Shown here piece by piece: positions 33,708 through 42,733 of a stretch of 64,000 bases of DNA. The number at the start of each line of letters is the position of its first letter. The stretch's first letter is position 1. Under the pieces are notes generated by a model. That model ran no database searches and had not been told where the DNA came from. It worked only from the letters and a program-made list of their open reading frames with translations. Origin of the DNA: Firmicutes bacterium UBA5493 (GTDB taxonomy: Bacteria; Bacillota; Limnochordia; Darwinibacteriales; Darwinibacteriaceae); NCBI GenBank assembly GCA_002424045.1, contig DIPH01000044.1:35038-99037 (forward strand). The letters are read 5' to 3'. The position numbers were made by a program, and so were the translations under genes.

Positions 33708-34826
33708 TTAGGCATCCATGACCAGTTCTGCCGCTTGGGTTGCCTGGCCATATCTTTTCATATCAACTTCTAAAACCGCTAAAGCAGCTAGGACATCTAG
33801 GGGGGTGGCATAACCCATATGGCCTACCCTAAAGATATTGTTGGCATGGGCACCCTGCCCACCGGCAAACTCTACTCCGTATCGTTCCCTAATGCGAGCC
33901 CTAAAGCCATCGGCATTCGGGTACTTAATCGCTGTCACAGTAGGAGAGGCATCCTCATCTTTAACGAGGAGTTCTAAACCAACGGCCCGAGCACCCGCCC
34001 GCATCATATCTCTCATAAGAATGTGACGAGCATAGACGTTCTCAAGGCCCTCGGCCTCTATCATATTTAATGCTTCCTCAAGTGCAAAGACATTATGAAT
34101 GTTTGGCGTAAAGGGAGTTTCTGACTTCTCCATATATCTATCGTAGAGACGTAAATCCATGTAATAGCGACTTGCTTGGCACTTGGCGGAGTACTCTCTC
34201 GCCTTCGGCGAAAAGGCCACAAAGGCAGTTCCAGGAGGTGTCATAAGACATTTTTGTGAAGCACTCACCACTACATCTAAGCCCCAAGCATCCATTTCAC
34301 AAGGCGTTCCACCTAAAGCGCTTACGGCATCCACCACCAGTAAGGCACTATGGTTACCCCGGGCTTTAGAAACGGACTCCACATCATTGAGAACAGCCGT
34401 GGACGATTCATTTTGCACCATAAAAATAAGTTCAATTTCAGGATGTTCCTTTACGTATTCACTAACCTTCCCGGGGTCAACTCCCCCATCCCAGGCGAAC
34501 TGCAGCACATGCATGCTTGCTCCATAAGCCTTACACAGCTCAGCCCAGCGATTGCCAAAAAATCCTCCTACAAGGCACAAAACTGGTGTTCCAGGGGAAA
34601 CCAGGTTACTTACAGCCACTTCCATCCCTGCCGTTCCCGATCCGGTAACCATGTGGATCTGATTCTTGGTTCCAAAAAGTGGCGCAAGTCGTGCTAAGAC
34701 AGCTGGATAATGCTCCTTAAAGTATGCTCCCCTATGATTGATCATAGGCTTGGCCATCTGTAAAGATACTTCGTTTGGTACTGGCACCGGTCCGGGGATG
34801 CGCAGCACAGGTTTATAACGGTACAT
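33708..34826 (-). CDS. Class V PLP aminotransferase (serine/alanine-glyoxylate family)
   Basis: IPGP, GSGTAGME, VDAVS, SQK, FRVGHMG. Confidence 0.88.
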   Translation of the reverse strand: MYRYKPVLRIPGPVPVPNEVSLQMAKPMINHRGAYFKEHYPAVLARLAPLFGTKNQIHMVTGSGTAGMEVAVSNLVSPGTPVLCLVGGFFGNRWAELCKAYGASMHVLQFAWDGGVDPGKVSEYVKEHPEIELIFMVQNESSTAVLNDVESVSKARGNHSALLVVDAVSALGGTPCEMDAWGLDVVVSASQKCLMTPPGTAFVAFSPKAREYSAKCQASRYYMDLRLYDRYMEKSETPFTPNIHNVFALEEALNMIEAEGLENVYARHILMRDMMRAGARAVGLELLVKDEDASPTVTAIKYPNADGFRARIRERYGVEFAGGQGAHANNIFRVGHMGYATPLDVLAALAVLEVDMKRYGQATQAAELVMDA

Positions 34827-34851
34827 TTTTGAATCCTCCTGTCTGTAATAG

Positions 34852-34902
34852 AAAAAACCATTCCCTGGAGAAGGCATCTCACTGCCGCTTCACTAGGGAA
34901 GG
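34852..34902 (-). terminator. Long hairpin with U tract directly upstream of the aminotransferase RBS
   Basis: CCTTCCCT...GGCA-GTGAGA-TGCC...AGGGAATGG-TTTTTT. Confidence 0.6.
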
Positions 34903-34918
34903 TGTATTTCTAACGTAA

Positions 34919-35332
34919 CTAAACTAAACGCTGCAGACGTTTTGCGATAGAAACCGCTTCTTGTTCTCCGCCGATCGTGCCGAAGTCTTCCACAATTACA
35001 CCCTGGCGCTCCATATGACCCATGAGCACACGCAGTGCTTTGGCTGAGCCAAGTATCCCTGGCCTTACAAATGCTCCCCCTTTCTTGCCTTCTAAGCGCA
35101 TGACCTTTTTGAGGAGACTATCCATCTCCACGGGGAGTTGAGGTTTCCACCAACCCGTATATCCTGTAACAACACATACCAGACCATAGGGTGCTGCACT
35201 AACGGGCGAACCGGCAGCTACCTCAGGAGAGACAAGATCCACCTTGACCCCACCTTGCTCTAATGCCCCCTGTAGCGCTACGACAGACTTTTGAATTTTT
35301 CCATCGTCTGCATGTAGAATTAAAACACGCAC
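34919..35332 (-). CDS. Hypothetical protein with degenerate flavodoxin-like fold
   Basis: MRVLILH beta strand, YGLVCVV, LEGKKGGAF pattern; no S/T-x-x-G-N-T FMN loop. Confidence 0.55.
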   Translation of the reverse strand: MRVLILHADDGKIQKSVVALQGALEQGGVKVDLVSPEVAAGSPVSAAPYGLVCVVTGYTGWWKPQLPVEMDSLLKKVMRLEGKKGGAFVRPGILGSAKALRVLMGHMERQGVIVEDFGTIGGEQEAVSIAKRLQRLV

Positions 35333-35363
35333 ATTCTTTGCCCCCTATCTCATTGTATCGAAT

Positions 35364-35389
35364 CTCTTGCTTATTTCTCTAAGCAAGAG
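35364..35389. other. Perfect 10-bp inverted repeat after cwlD
   Basis: CTCTTGCTTA-N6-TAAGCAAGAG. Confidence 0.55.
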
Positions 35390-35400
35390 CTAAATCCTGT

Positions 35401-36114
35401 TTACTCACGGTAATAACGAAGTATACCGGAGAAGATGGCGGCGGCCACTTGCTTTTGATAGCTCTCTTGGCTGAGAAGCTGAGCCTCACGGGGATTCGAT
35501 AAGAACCCCACCTCAACCATTGCCGCAGGCATGGTTGTATCGCGCAGGACGCGAAAATCCCCCGGTCTGGCCAGGCGATTATTGGGTCCGAGATACCTCA
35601 CTAGTTCGGTCTGCAAAGTCCTGGCCAGGTGCTGACTTTCTGCGCTTCCTTCATAATAGAAAGTCTGGGCACCTGACCATCTCGGCGAAGGAAAGTAGTT
35701 GGCATGAATGGAGATATAAAGGTCTGCGTTAGCCTCTTTGGCAATCAACACTCTCTTACTTAAGTCCTGACGTTTACGATTCAGCAAATTGGTTTCACTA
35801 GAATCGGCTAAGTCATAATCACCGTGACGCACCATGACCACATAGACTGCTGCCCTCTTTAGTAAATATTCCAACTCCTTGGCAATTTGCAGGGTTATTT
35901 CTTTTTCTATGGCACCGGCGGCGCTCACCGCCCCAGGATCAACTCCGCCATGGCCTGCATCAATGACAATTGTCCTTCCAGAGATTCCCCGATGGGCATT
36001 TCCACCTGCCACCGGGAGGAGAGCTATCCCATTTGTCCCCAGAAAAACACCCAGAGTCAGGCAACCTAAAGCCCACCACAGAACTTGCCTTCCGCTGAAA
36101 AACCAGACCCGCAT
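35401..36114 (-). CDS. cwlD: CwlD-like N-acetylmuramoyl-L-alanine amidase
   Basis: IDAGHGGVDPG, RKRQDLSKR, SIHAN, WSGAQTFY, VEVGFLSNPREA. Confidence 0.85.
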   Translation of the reverse strand: MRVWFFSGRQVLWWALGCLTLGVFLGTNGIALLPVAGGNAHRGISGRTIVIDAGHGGVDPGAVSAAGAIEKEITLQIAKELEYLLKRAAVYVVMVRHGDYDLADSSETNLLNRKRQDLSKRVLIAKEANADLYISIHANYFPSPRWSGAQTFYYEGSAESQHLARTLQTELVRYLGPNNRLARPGDFRVLRDTTMPAAMVEVGFLSNPREAQLLSQESYQKQVAAAIFSGILRYYRE

Positions 36115-36140
36115 AAAAACACCTCCACACCCAAAAGTAT

Positions 36141-36755
36141 TCAGGTGTGGAGCGGTTTACAACACTTCAGAACACGAAATCCCGCCTTCTTTTCGATTGT
36201 ATCGCAATGGCCTGCCAAATCCCGGAGGTGGGCTTCCAAACTCTTGGCTCCCTGTTTGGTGCGAATGACCACCATAAGACAACCCCCTGCCTTGAGGGCC
36301 TGGTATGCCTCAACCAACAGCGGATACACCACCGCCTTGCCGGTGCGAATTGGGGGATTCGAGAGTACCCAATCGAAGGATAGGTTCTCTGGCAGGGCCT
36401 TTATACCGTCGCCAACGAAAACCTGGGCATGTTGAATCCCGTTTTTGACTAAATTCCTTCTTGCCAGCTCACAAGCCCTCTCATTCACATCCACCATGTA
36501 GACATGACCAGTGTGACCTACGAGGGTGGCCGCGACGATTCCAATGGGGCCATAACCCGAGCCAAGGTCCAAAACCGTTTCGCCAGGTTTTAAGGCAAGG
36601 GTATCGATCAAAATTTGAGTGCCTGTGTCCACCGCGTCCTTGGAAAAAACGCCCGCATCCGTCTGGAAGGAATACATTTTGCCCCGAAGTTCAGCGGTAA
36701 ATTCACGATGTTCATGTTTTGCACTGGGCTTACCTGTGAAATAGTGGTCATTCAT
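36141..36755 (-). CDS. Class I SAM methyltransferase (RsmC/YbxB-like)
   Basis: HYFT, GVFSK..VDTGT, LDLGSGYG, NPPIRTGK, KQGAKS. Confidence 0.88.
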   Translation of the reverse strand: MNDHYFTGKPSAKHEHREFTAELRGKMYSFQTDAGVFSKDAVDTGTQILIDTLALKPGETVLDLGSGYGPIGIVAATLVGHTGHVYMVDVNERACELARRNLVKNGIQHAQVFVGDGIKALPENLSFDWVLSNPPIRTGKAVVYPLLVEAYQALKAGGCLMVVIRTKQGAKSLEAHLRDLAGHCDTIEKKAGFRVLKCCKPLHT

Positions 36756-37961
36756 CTACTCTTCTCCCAGGGCCTTGAGAACCAAGTCTAAGTGCTCCGT
36801 TATGTCAACCCTCGCCTCATCGGGAGCGGTCTGGAGAGCCTCCAAGAAAAGTTCCTTGGCCTCTGCGTAACGGCCCACAAGGTAATATCCATAGCCTAAG
36901 GTGTCAAGATAAATATCCTTACGGTCAAGCTGCACCGCACGTTCAGCCATTTCCAGCGCTTGGGGAATCTGTATTTCCCGTAGAAAATAGTGGTAAGCCA
37001 GGTTGTTGAGGGCGAGATGATTATGGGGCTGGCGCATGAGGACCTGCTGATAATTTTCAACCACACCCAAGAAGTTATCAAGGCCTTCGTAGGTGAAGGC
37101 TTTGTACAAATAGACCTGCCAAAACTGGGGAGCCAAAGCAAGCATCTCTTGGCTTATATCAAGAGCCACTTCGAAGTTCTCTGCCCCAAACTCTTCTAGA
37201 AACAGATCATTGAGTTCGCTTAAGGTTGCCAATCTTGGTAGGGGACTATCCCCCCACTCCCGTGGGAAAGACCAATTTGAGAGTTCCATCTGAACTTGCC
37301 CTTGTGGATCGTCAATTTCCAAGCGACTTGGCATCCATCCTTCTGGACCACTTGTCAACGTTATGGAAGCTGGCTCTGGGCCAAAGAAAAGGTCCAGTTC
37401 TACAGACGTCATCTTACCATTCTCCAAGATATACGATGTCACACTGACAAGTGTTCGCCGATTTTGACGAATTAAAAAGGGAAGCCCACTTTCCTCATCA
37501 AACCACAACATAAACTCGGGATCAACTGCGGCAACATACCGTCTGGCCCTGCGCTCAGCCACTTTATCCATTCCCGAAAACTCCAGGGGGATTCTGGAGA
37601 ACTCAGACAAGGCAAAAAGATAGTCCTGAATATCCTCGAACAACCAAAACCGATCGTAGCCGTATTGTACATCACTGCCAGTTTGCACCTGCACAAAACC
37701 GGCCTCGCTTGTGATAGTCACCGCTTCGGTGTGAGTCAGATAGTGAACCTGAAATCCGTTAGGATAAGCAAATTTCAGAAAACCATCCATAAGCAGAGTT
37801 TTTTCCTCGCCCACAGTGAGGTGGACCACCACACTACTGCTCCCAAATTGATGATCAAACCAAGCCACTGGTGATTCCATGGCGGCAGACACCCTATCAA
37901 GTCCAAACAGAAACGTGATCAGCAACGCCAAAAGCACAAATCTGGATTTACAGTGCTTCAA
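36756..37961 (-). CDS. Secreted protein with a LolA-like beta domain and C-terminal TPR repeats
   Basis: Signal peptide; GFLKFAYPNGF and LWFDEESGLP motifs; TPRs (ALNNLAY, YLDTLGYGYY). Confidence 0.6.
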   Translation of the reverse strand: MKHCKSRFVLLALLITFLFGLDRVSAAMESPVAWFDHQFGSSSVVVHLTVGEEKTLLMDGFLKFAYPNGFQVHYLTHTEAVTITSEAGFVQVQTGSDVQYGYDRFWLFEDIQDYLFALSEFSRIPLEFSGMDKVAERRARRYVAAVDPEFMLWFDEESGLPFLIRQNRRTLVSVTSYILENGKMTSVELDLFFGPEPASITLTSGPEGWMPSRLEIDDPQGQVQMELSNWSFPREWGDSPLPRLATLSELNDLFLEEFGAENFEVALDISQEMLALAPQFWQVYLYKAFTYEGLDNFLGVVENYQQVLMRQPHNHLALNNLAYHYFLREIQIPQALEMAERAVQLDRKDIYLDTLGYGYYLVGRYAEAKELFLEALQTAPDEARVDITEHLDLVLKALGEE

Positions 37962-38749
37962 TAGTCGGCCTCTCCCCTCAATCCTTCAATAATGGCAATC
38001 CCAGAACTTGCCCCAAGGCGATTTGCACCAGCCTTAATCATAGCCGTAGCGCTGGCGAGATCCCGGATACCCCCTGAGGCCTTCACCCCGCAATCAGGAC
38101 CTACAACATCGCGCATCAAAGACACATCTTCCACCGTAGCACCGCCAGGCCCAAACCCTGTAGAAGTCTTGACAAAATCAGCACCTGCCATTTTCGATAG
38201 AATACATCCCCTAACAATTTGCTCCTTGCTTAAATAGCCTGTCTCCAAAATCACCTTGAGAACCTGTGCGGGTACTGCATCCCGAACCCCCTTAATATCG
38301 GAGTAAACCTTCGCATAGTCTCTCTCCAAAAGACTACCAATGTTGATGACCATATCGATTTCTTCGGCACCGCCTGCCACTGCATCCCTGGCCTCTAACA
38401 CCTTAGTCAACGTGGAGTTAGCACCTAAAGGAAAGCCTATCACGGTACAGACTTTCACGTCACTTCCCTGTAGAAATCTAGCGGCGGCAGGAACGTGAAC
38501 AGGATTTACACATACCGATGCAAAGTGATAGTGCAGTGCCTCTTCACAAAGCTTGCTGATTTGTTCCTGTGAAGCAGTAGGTTTTAGTAGCGTATGATCA
38601 ATTGTCGACGCTAGGGTGCTATCTTCATCAGGTGAAGTAGTTGCCCCTTTCCTTGGTCTCTGTCCCATTGGAACAACTAAACGAATTCCCTGTTTAGCTA
38701 AGGCTAAACCAATTTCCTCTTTTTGCTCTTCCAGCCATTTGTGATCCAT
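37958..38749 (-). CDS. deoC: Deoxyribose-phosphate aldolase with N-terminal extension
   Basis: IDHTLLKP, VIGFPLG, KVILET, FVKTSTGF, KASGGIR. Confidence 0.95.
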   Translation of the reverse strand: MDHKWLEEQKEEIGLALAKQGIRLVVPMGQRPRKGATTSPDEDSTLASTIDHTLLKPTASQEQISKLCEEALHYHFASVCVNPVHVPAAARFLQGSDVKVCTVIGFPLGANSTLTKVLEARDAVAGGAEEIDMVINIGSLLERDYAKVYSDIKGVRDAVPAQVLKVILETGYLSKEQIVRGCILSKMAGADFVKTSTGFGPGGATVEDVSLMRDVVGPDCGVKASGGIRDLASATAMIKAGANRLGASSGIAIIEGLRGEADY

Positions 38750-38752
38750 CGT

Positions 38753-39358
38753 CTACACCCTTTCGTAGTTCCATAATTCCACCCGACTAGTGGAAACGGC
38801 CAAGACCGGTGGTCTAATCACCTTTTCCAACTCATCCCTAGTTTCCACCAATCCTCCCGCAATCATGGGAGGAAATCTCTCGGGCAAACGTTCGCGAACA
38901 GAAGGAAGCACCAGGGCCGGTAGAATTTCCACCGCATCGGGTTGACTGGAGTGAATCATGCGAAGCCCCGTTCGGAGCGCCTCAGAGTCCAACATAAACA
39001 AACGCTGAATGCCCAATAGGCCCGCTTTTTGAGCAGCGGTAACCAAGTACCCCTTGGTGGTCAAGACGCCATCGATACCCACTTCAGAGGCTAGAACCTC
39101 CATGCCCAAGACGTCTTTGGCGATCCCCCCTATCAAGTCTACATGGACAAAAAGCATCTGTCCCTGTTCTTTGCAAACCTTCGCTAAATCCCGCAGTTCG
39201 AAGATATCACCTGTGAGATAAAAGCACACCTTGATTCCCGCTTCCCCTGTTAGGTGCGCATCAGTTATGCCCTTTAGACCTGCTATAATGGGTTTTTGCG
39301 CCAAACCTGTCTTTAGATTTTGCAGGCGCTCTCTGCGCATGCGCTCTTGTTTAATCAT
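38753..39358 (-). CDS. glpP: Glycerol-3-phosphate-responsive antiterminator
   Basis: HVDLIGG, IQRLFMLDS, VEILP, IAGGLV, AVSTS; next to glpK. Confidence 0.9.
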   Translation of the reverse strand: MIKQERMRRERLQNLKTGLAQKPIIAGLKGITDAHLTGEAGIKVCFYLTGDIFELRDLAKVCKEQGQMLFVHVDLIGGIAKDVLGMEVLASEVGIDGVLTTKGYLVTAAQKAGLLGIQRLFMLDSEALRTGLRMIHSSQPDAVEILPALVLPSVRERLPERFPPMIAGGLVETRDELEKVIRPPVLAVSTSRVELWNYERV

Positions 39359-40853
39359 CGCTCACCCAACTTTTGGCGCTGGTTATCGCTTTATCCCAGC
39401 CGTTAACAAGCCGTAACCTCTCCGCCTGTCTCATAGCGGGGTTGTAAATCTCTTGCGCTTGCCAGTGCTTTTGAATGTCTTCCTGGCTGTCCCAAAAACC
39501 GACGGCCAGCCCCGCTAAATAGGCGGCACCTAGGGCAGTAGTTTCAAACACCCGCGGTCTTTGGACCTGAATCGCCGTCAGATCGGCTAGAAATTGGCAA
39601 ATGAAATTGTTCACAGAAGCTCCCCCATCCACCTTCAGTTCTGTCAGTGGAATCTGGGAATCCCTTGCCATCACATCCACTACATCTTTCGTCTGATACA
39701 CGATGGCTTCAAGGGTGGCCCGAACTAGGTGGGCCTTTGTAACACCTCTGGTGATACCCATGATCATACCGCGCACATAGGGGTCCCAGTGGGGAGCCCC
39801 TAACCCCACAAAACTCGGCACGAAGTACACACCATTGGTGTGGGGAACAGAAAGGGCAATATTCTCCGTCTCTGCCGCATTTTTCACCAATCCCATTTCG
39901 TCACGGAGCCACTTCACAGCTGCCCCCGCCACAAACACGCTGCCTTCCAGAGCATACTGTACCTTTCCGCCAATTCCCCAGGCGATGGTGGTTACAAGAC
40001 CATTGGCTGAGGAGATAAGCCTTGAACCTGTGTTCATGAGAATAAAGGCGCCGGTGCCAAAGGTTGCTTTCACGGTACCAGGTTCGAAACAGGTCTGGCC
40101 AAAGAGGGCGGCCTGCTGATCGCCTGCCGCGCCTGCAATGGGGATCCCTTCTGGGAGCAACCCAATCTGCACAGTGTGACCATATACTTCGCTGGAAGAA
40201 GCGACTTCAGGAAGAATCTCCCCAGGAATTTCTAAGGTATCTAAAAGATCATGATCCCATTTTAATTCGGCAATGTTAAAGAGCAAGGTCCTGGAGGCAT
40301 TGGTATAATCGGTAACATGTTTTTGTCCTCCTGTGAGCTTGTAAATGAGCCAAGAATCAATGGTTCCAAATGCCAATTCGCCCCTTGTAGCCCTGTCCCT
40401 AAGCTGAAGATTGTGATCAAAAATCCACTTGAGTTTGGTCCCTGAAAAATAGGCATCTAAGACAAGACCTGTCTTCTCTTTAAACAAAGGCTCTAAACCT
40501 TGTCTACGTAGATCATCGCATATGCCCGCCGTTCTGCGGCACTGCCACACGATGGCCCTAGTTACAGGTTCACCTGTTTGCCGATCCCAAAGCACCACTG
40601 TCTCCCGCTGATTGGTCACCCCAATAGCGGCTACCTCCGCTGGATTCACTCGGGTCTCCTGGAAAATTTCATCCAAGAGTTGGCAGATTCCCTCCCAAAT
40701 CTCTAGAGCGTCATGCTCTACCCAACCAGGTTTGGGATAATATTGCGTAAATTCTTGGTACACCTTCCCCACCATGTTCGATTGATGATCAAAAAGTATC
40801 ACAGTGGTTCCGGTCGTTCCTTGGTCAATTGCTAGTATGTAGTCTCCGAGCAC
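39351..40853 (-). CDS. glpK: Glycerol kinase
   Basis: IDQGTT, TNQRET, YFSGTK, GDQQAALFG, YALEGS, ETTALGAA. Confidence 0.96.
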   Translation of the reverse strand: MLGDYILAIDQGTTGTTVILFDHQSNMVGKVYQEFTQYYPKPGWVEHDALEIWEGICQLLDEIFQETRVNPAEVAAIGVTNQRETVVLWDRQTGEPVTRAIVWQCRRTAGICDDLRRQGLEPLFKEKTGLVLDAYFSGTKLKWIFDHNLQLRDRATRGELAFGTIDSWLIYKLTGGQKHVTDYTNASRTLLFNIAELKWDHDLLDTLEIPGEILPEVASSSEVYGHTVQIGLLPEGIPIAGAAGDQQAALFGQTCFEPGTVKATFGTGAFILMNTGSRLISSANGLVTTIAWGIGGKVQYALEGSVFVAGAAVKWLRDEMGLVKNAAETENIALSVPHTNGVYFVPSFVGLGAPHWDPYVRGMIMGITRGVTKAHLVRATLEAIVYQTKDVVDVMARDSQIPLTELKVDGGASVNNFICQFLADLTAIQVQRPRVFETTALGAAYLAGLAVGFWDSQEDIQKHWQAQEIYNPAMRQAERLRLVNGWDKAITSAKSWVSDD

Positions 40854-40899
40854 AACAAGCCGCCTCCTTCTACTACCCATAAATTCTGCAGAAGGGGGG

Positions 40900-41457
40900 C
40901 TATTTCCTTCCTAATACGCCTTCTTCAGTGACCAAGAAGTCTACTGCCTGATCCCAAGAGTCAGCCGGGACGTCCCGGATAAAGGAGTGATACACCAAAC
41001 CTACTGAGTTCGCATTGGTTGTTGTCAAGAAACGATCGTAGTAACCGCCTCCATAGCCAATTCGAAAACCCTGGGCCGAAAAAGCTAGTCCTGGCACAAT
41101 AACGAGATCGAGCTCCCGAGGGTTAACTGTATGCGCCTTAGGCCCAGGCTCTAAGATACCAAAAACAGCAGGAGCCAAATCCTCACGGGATGTATATTTC
41201 CGGGCGATGAGCCCTTTCGGTTTACTTTGCACAACAGGCACATAGACCTCTTTTCCCTGCCTTTGGAGATTCTCCACGATGGCCCAGGTGTCAATCTCCC
41301 ACCCAAAGGAGAGATAAACCATCACCTTTTGTGCGTCTGTGTAGATAGGTAGCCCAAAGAGGTGTCCCCTAATTGCCTGATTCCAGATTTCACGCTGGGC
41401 CTTGGGGACCTGGCTCCTTTCCTTCTTGAGCATTTTCCGCAACTGTTCCTTAGTCAT
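40900..41457 (-). CDS. 5-formyltetrahydrofolate cyclo-ligase
   Basis: KEQLR, FGILEP, IVPGLAF...RIGYGGGYYDRFL. Confidence 0.93.
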   Translation of the reverse strand: MTKEQLRKMLKKERSQVPKAQREIWNQAIRGHLFGLPIYTDAQKVMVYLSFGWEIDTWAIVENLQRQGKEVYVPVVQSKPKGLIARKYTSREDLAPAVFGILEPGPKAHTVNPRELDLVIVPGLAFSAQGFRIGYGGGYYDRFLTTTNANSVGLVYHSFIRDVPADSWDQAVDFLVTEEGVLGRK

Positions 41458-42733
41458 TTGTCTTCACCGGCCTTAAAATCGATATCGTTGAGCGGTCCCA
41501 GTCAAGCTGCTCCGCTAATGCCTTTTGCACTTCCTCTGGGGTCACGCTTTGGAGAAGATCCAAGTAGTTGTTGTAAGGTGTTCCCCGAAAGTAGTGTGAG
41601 ATCAAGCGATTCGCTGTATATTCAAAGGACTCGAAAGAGGCAAGATGGGCCCCATAAAGCTGCCTTTGTAGACGTTCCACGTCACTAGAGGACACTTTGC
41701 TTGTCTTCAAGCGATCAATGATTTTGGTTAACTGTGCATGGAGAGCATCAGGGTCACGTGTCTCGGAGCCAATGACAGAATAGGAGAACCCGGGCTCTGC
41801 GTTGAAACTGGCTCCAAACGAATCTGTAATCAAGTCGGCCTCATAAAGCTCCCCATAGCTCAAGGAGCTCCGTCCTGCAATGAGTCTCATACCGATGGCC
41901 ATGATAATCTGCTGGCGAAGAAGATCTTCTCCCTGCCAGATGGGCTCATGCTTAAAGCCTAAAAGATACCGAGGCTGGGAGATGGGGAGCTGCTCTTCCA
42001 CCCAGGAGCCTTTCACTTCGTGGGGCTCTTCGGGAAAAAAGCGTTCAATTACCCCTTTCTCTTGCTCCCAGTCGGGATAGTTTTCCTCAATGAGTTGCAG
42101 GGTCTTTATGGGATCCACATCGCCAACCACGGCCAATGCCATATTACCTGGCTGGTAGAAGGTGTTGTAACAGCGGTGCAAATCGTCCACAGTAATCTCT
42201 TCGACCGAATCCACCGTACCCCCAATATCCAGACGAACAGGATGCTCGTGGTACAAGTTCTCCAGGAGCAAGGTGTGGATCCGGTGACTGGGATGATCGG
42301 CATACATTTGCAATTCCTGGATAATAATGCCCTTCTCCTTCTCCACGTTGTCCCGGGTTAGGTAGGGGCTGTTCACAAAGTCCATCAGGAGTGCGAGGCA
42401 TTCTTGCCAGTTTTCTGTGGTAGAAAACAGGTAGCTCGTCTGGGTATAGCTGGTGAAGGCATTCACCGATGCCCCCCAAGTGGCAAAGCGTCCAAAGACA
42501 TTGCCATCTTCCTCTTCGAAGAGCTTATGTTCGAGGAAATGGGCAATGCCAGAAGGAACGTTCCGAACCTCGCCACCGGGCACTCGAAACCTAGAATCCA
42601 GAGAGCCATAGTGTGTAGACAAAACCCCATAGGTCCTCAAGAATTGAGGCTTTGGCAGGATAAAACAGGTTAGGCCATTTGGTAGGTCCTTGCGATACAA
42701 GGTCTCTCCCGTGGGCGTATTAGTTTTCTCCAT
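41450..42733 (-). CDS. ymfH: M16 zinc peptidase, YmfH-like
   Basis: GIAHFLEHKLF (HxxEH), NAFTS, VEKEKGII. Confidence 0.88.
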   Translation of the reverse strand: MEKTNTPTGETLYRKDLPNGLTCFILPKPQFLRTYGVLSTHYGSLDSRFRVPGGEVRNVPSGIAHFLEHKLFEEEDGNVFGRFATWGASVNAFTSYTQTSYLFSTTENWQECLALLMDFVNSPYLTRDNVEKEKGIIIQELQMYADHPSHRIHTLLLENLYHEHPVRLDIGGTVDSVEEITVDDLHRCYNTFYQPGNMALAVVGDVDPIKTLQLIEENYPDWEQEKGVIERFFPEEPHEVKGSWVEEQLPISQPRYLLGFKHEPIWQGEDLLRQQIIMAIGMRLIAGRSSLSYGELYEADLITDSFGASFNAEPGFSYSVIGSETRDPDALHAQLTKIIDRLKTSKVSSSDVERLQRQLYGAHLASFESFEYTANRLISHYFRGTPYNNYLDLLQSVTPEEVQKALAEQLDWDRSTISILRPVKTND

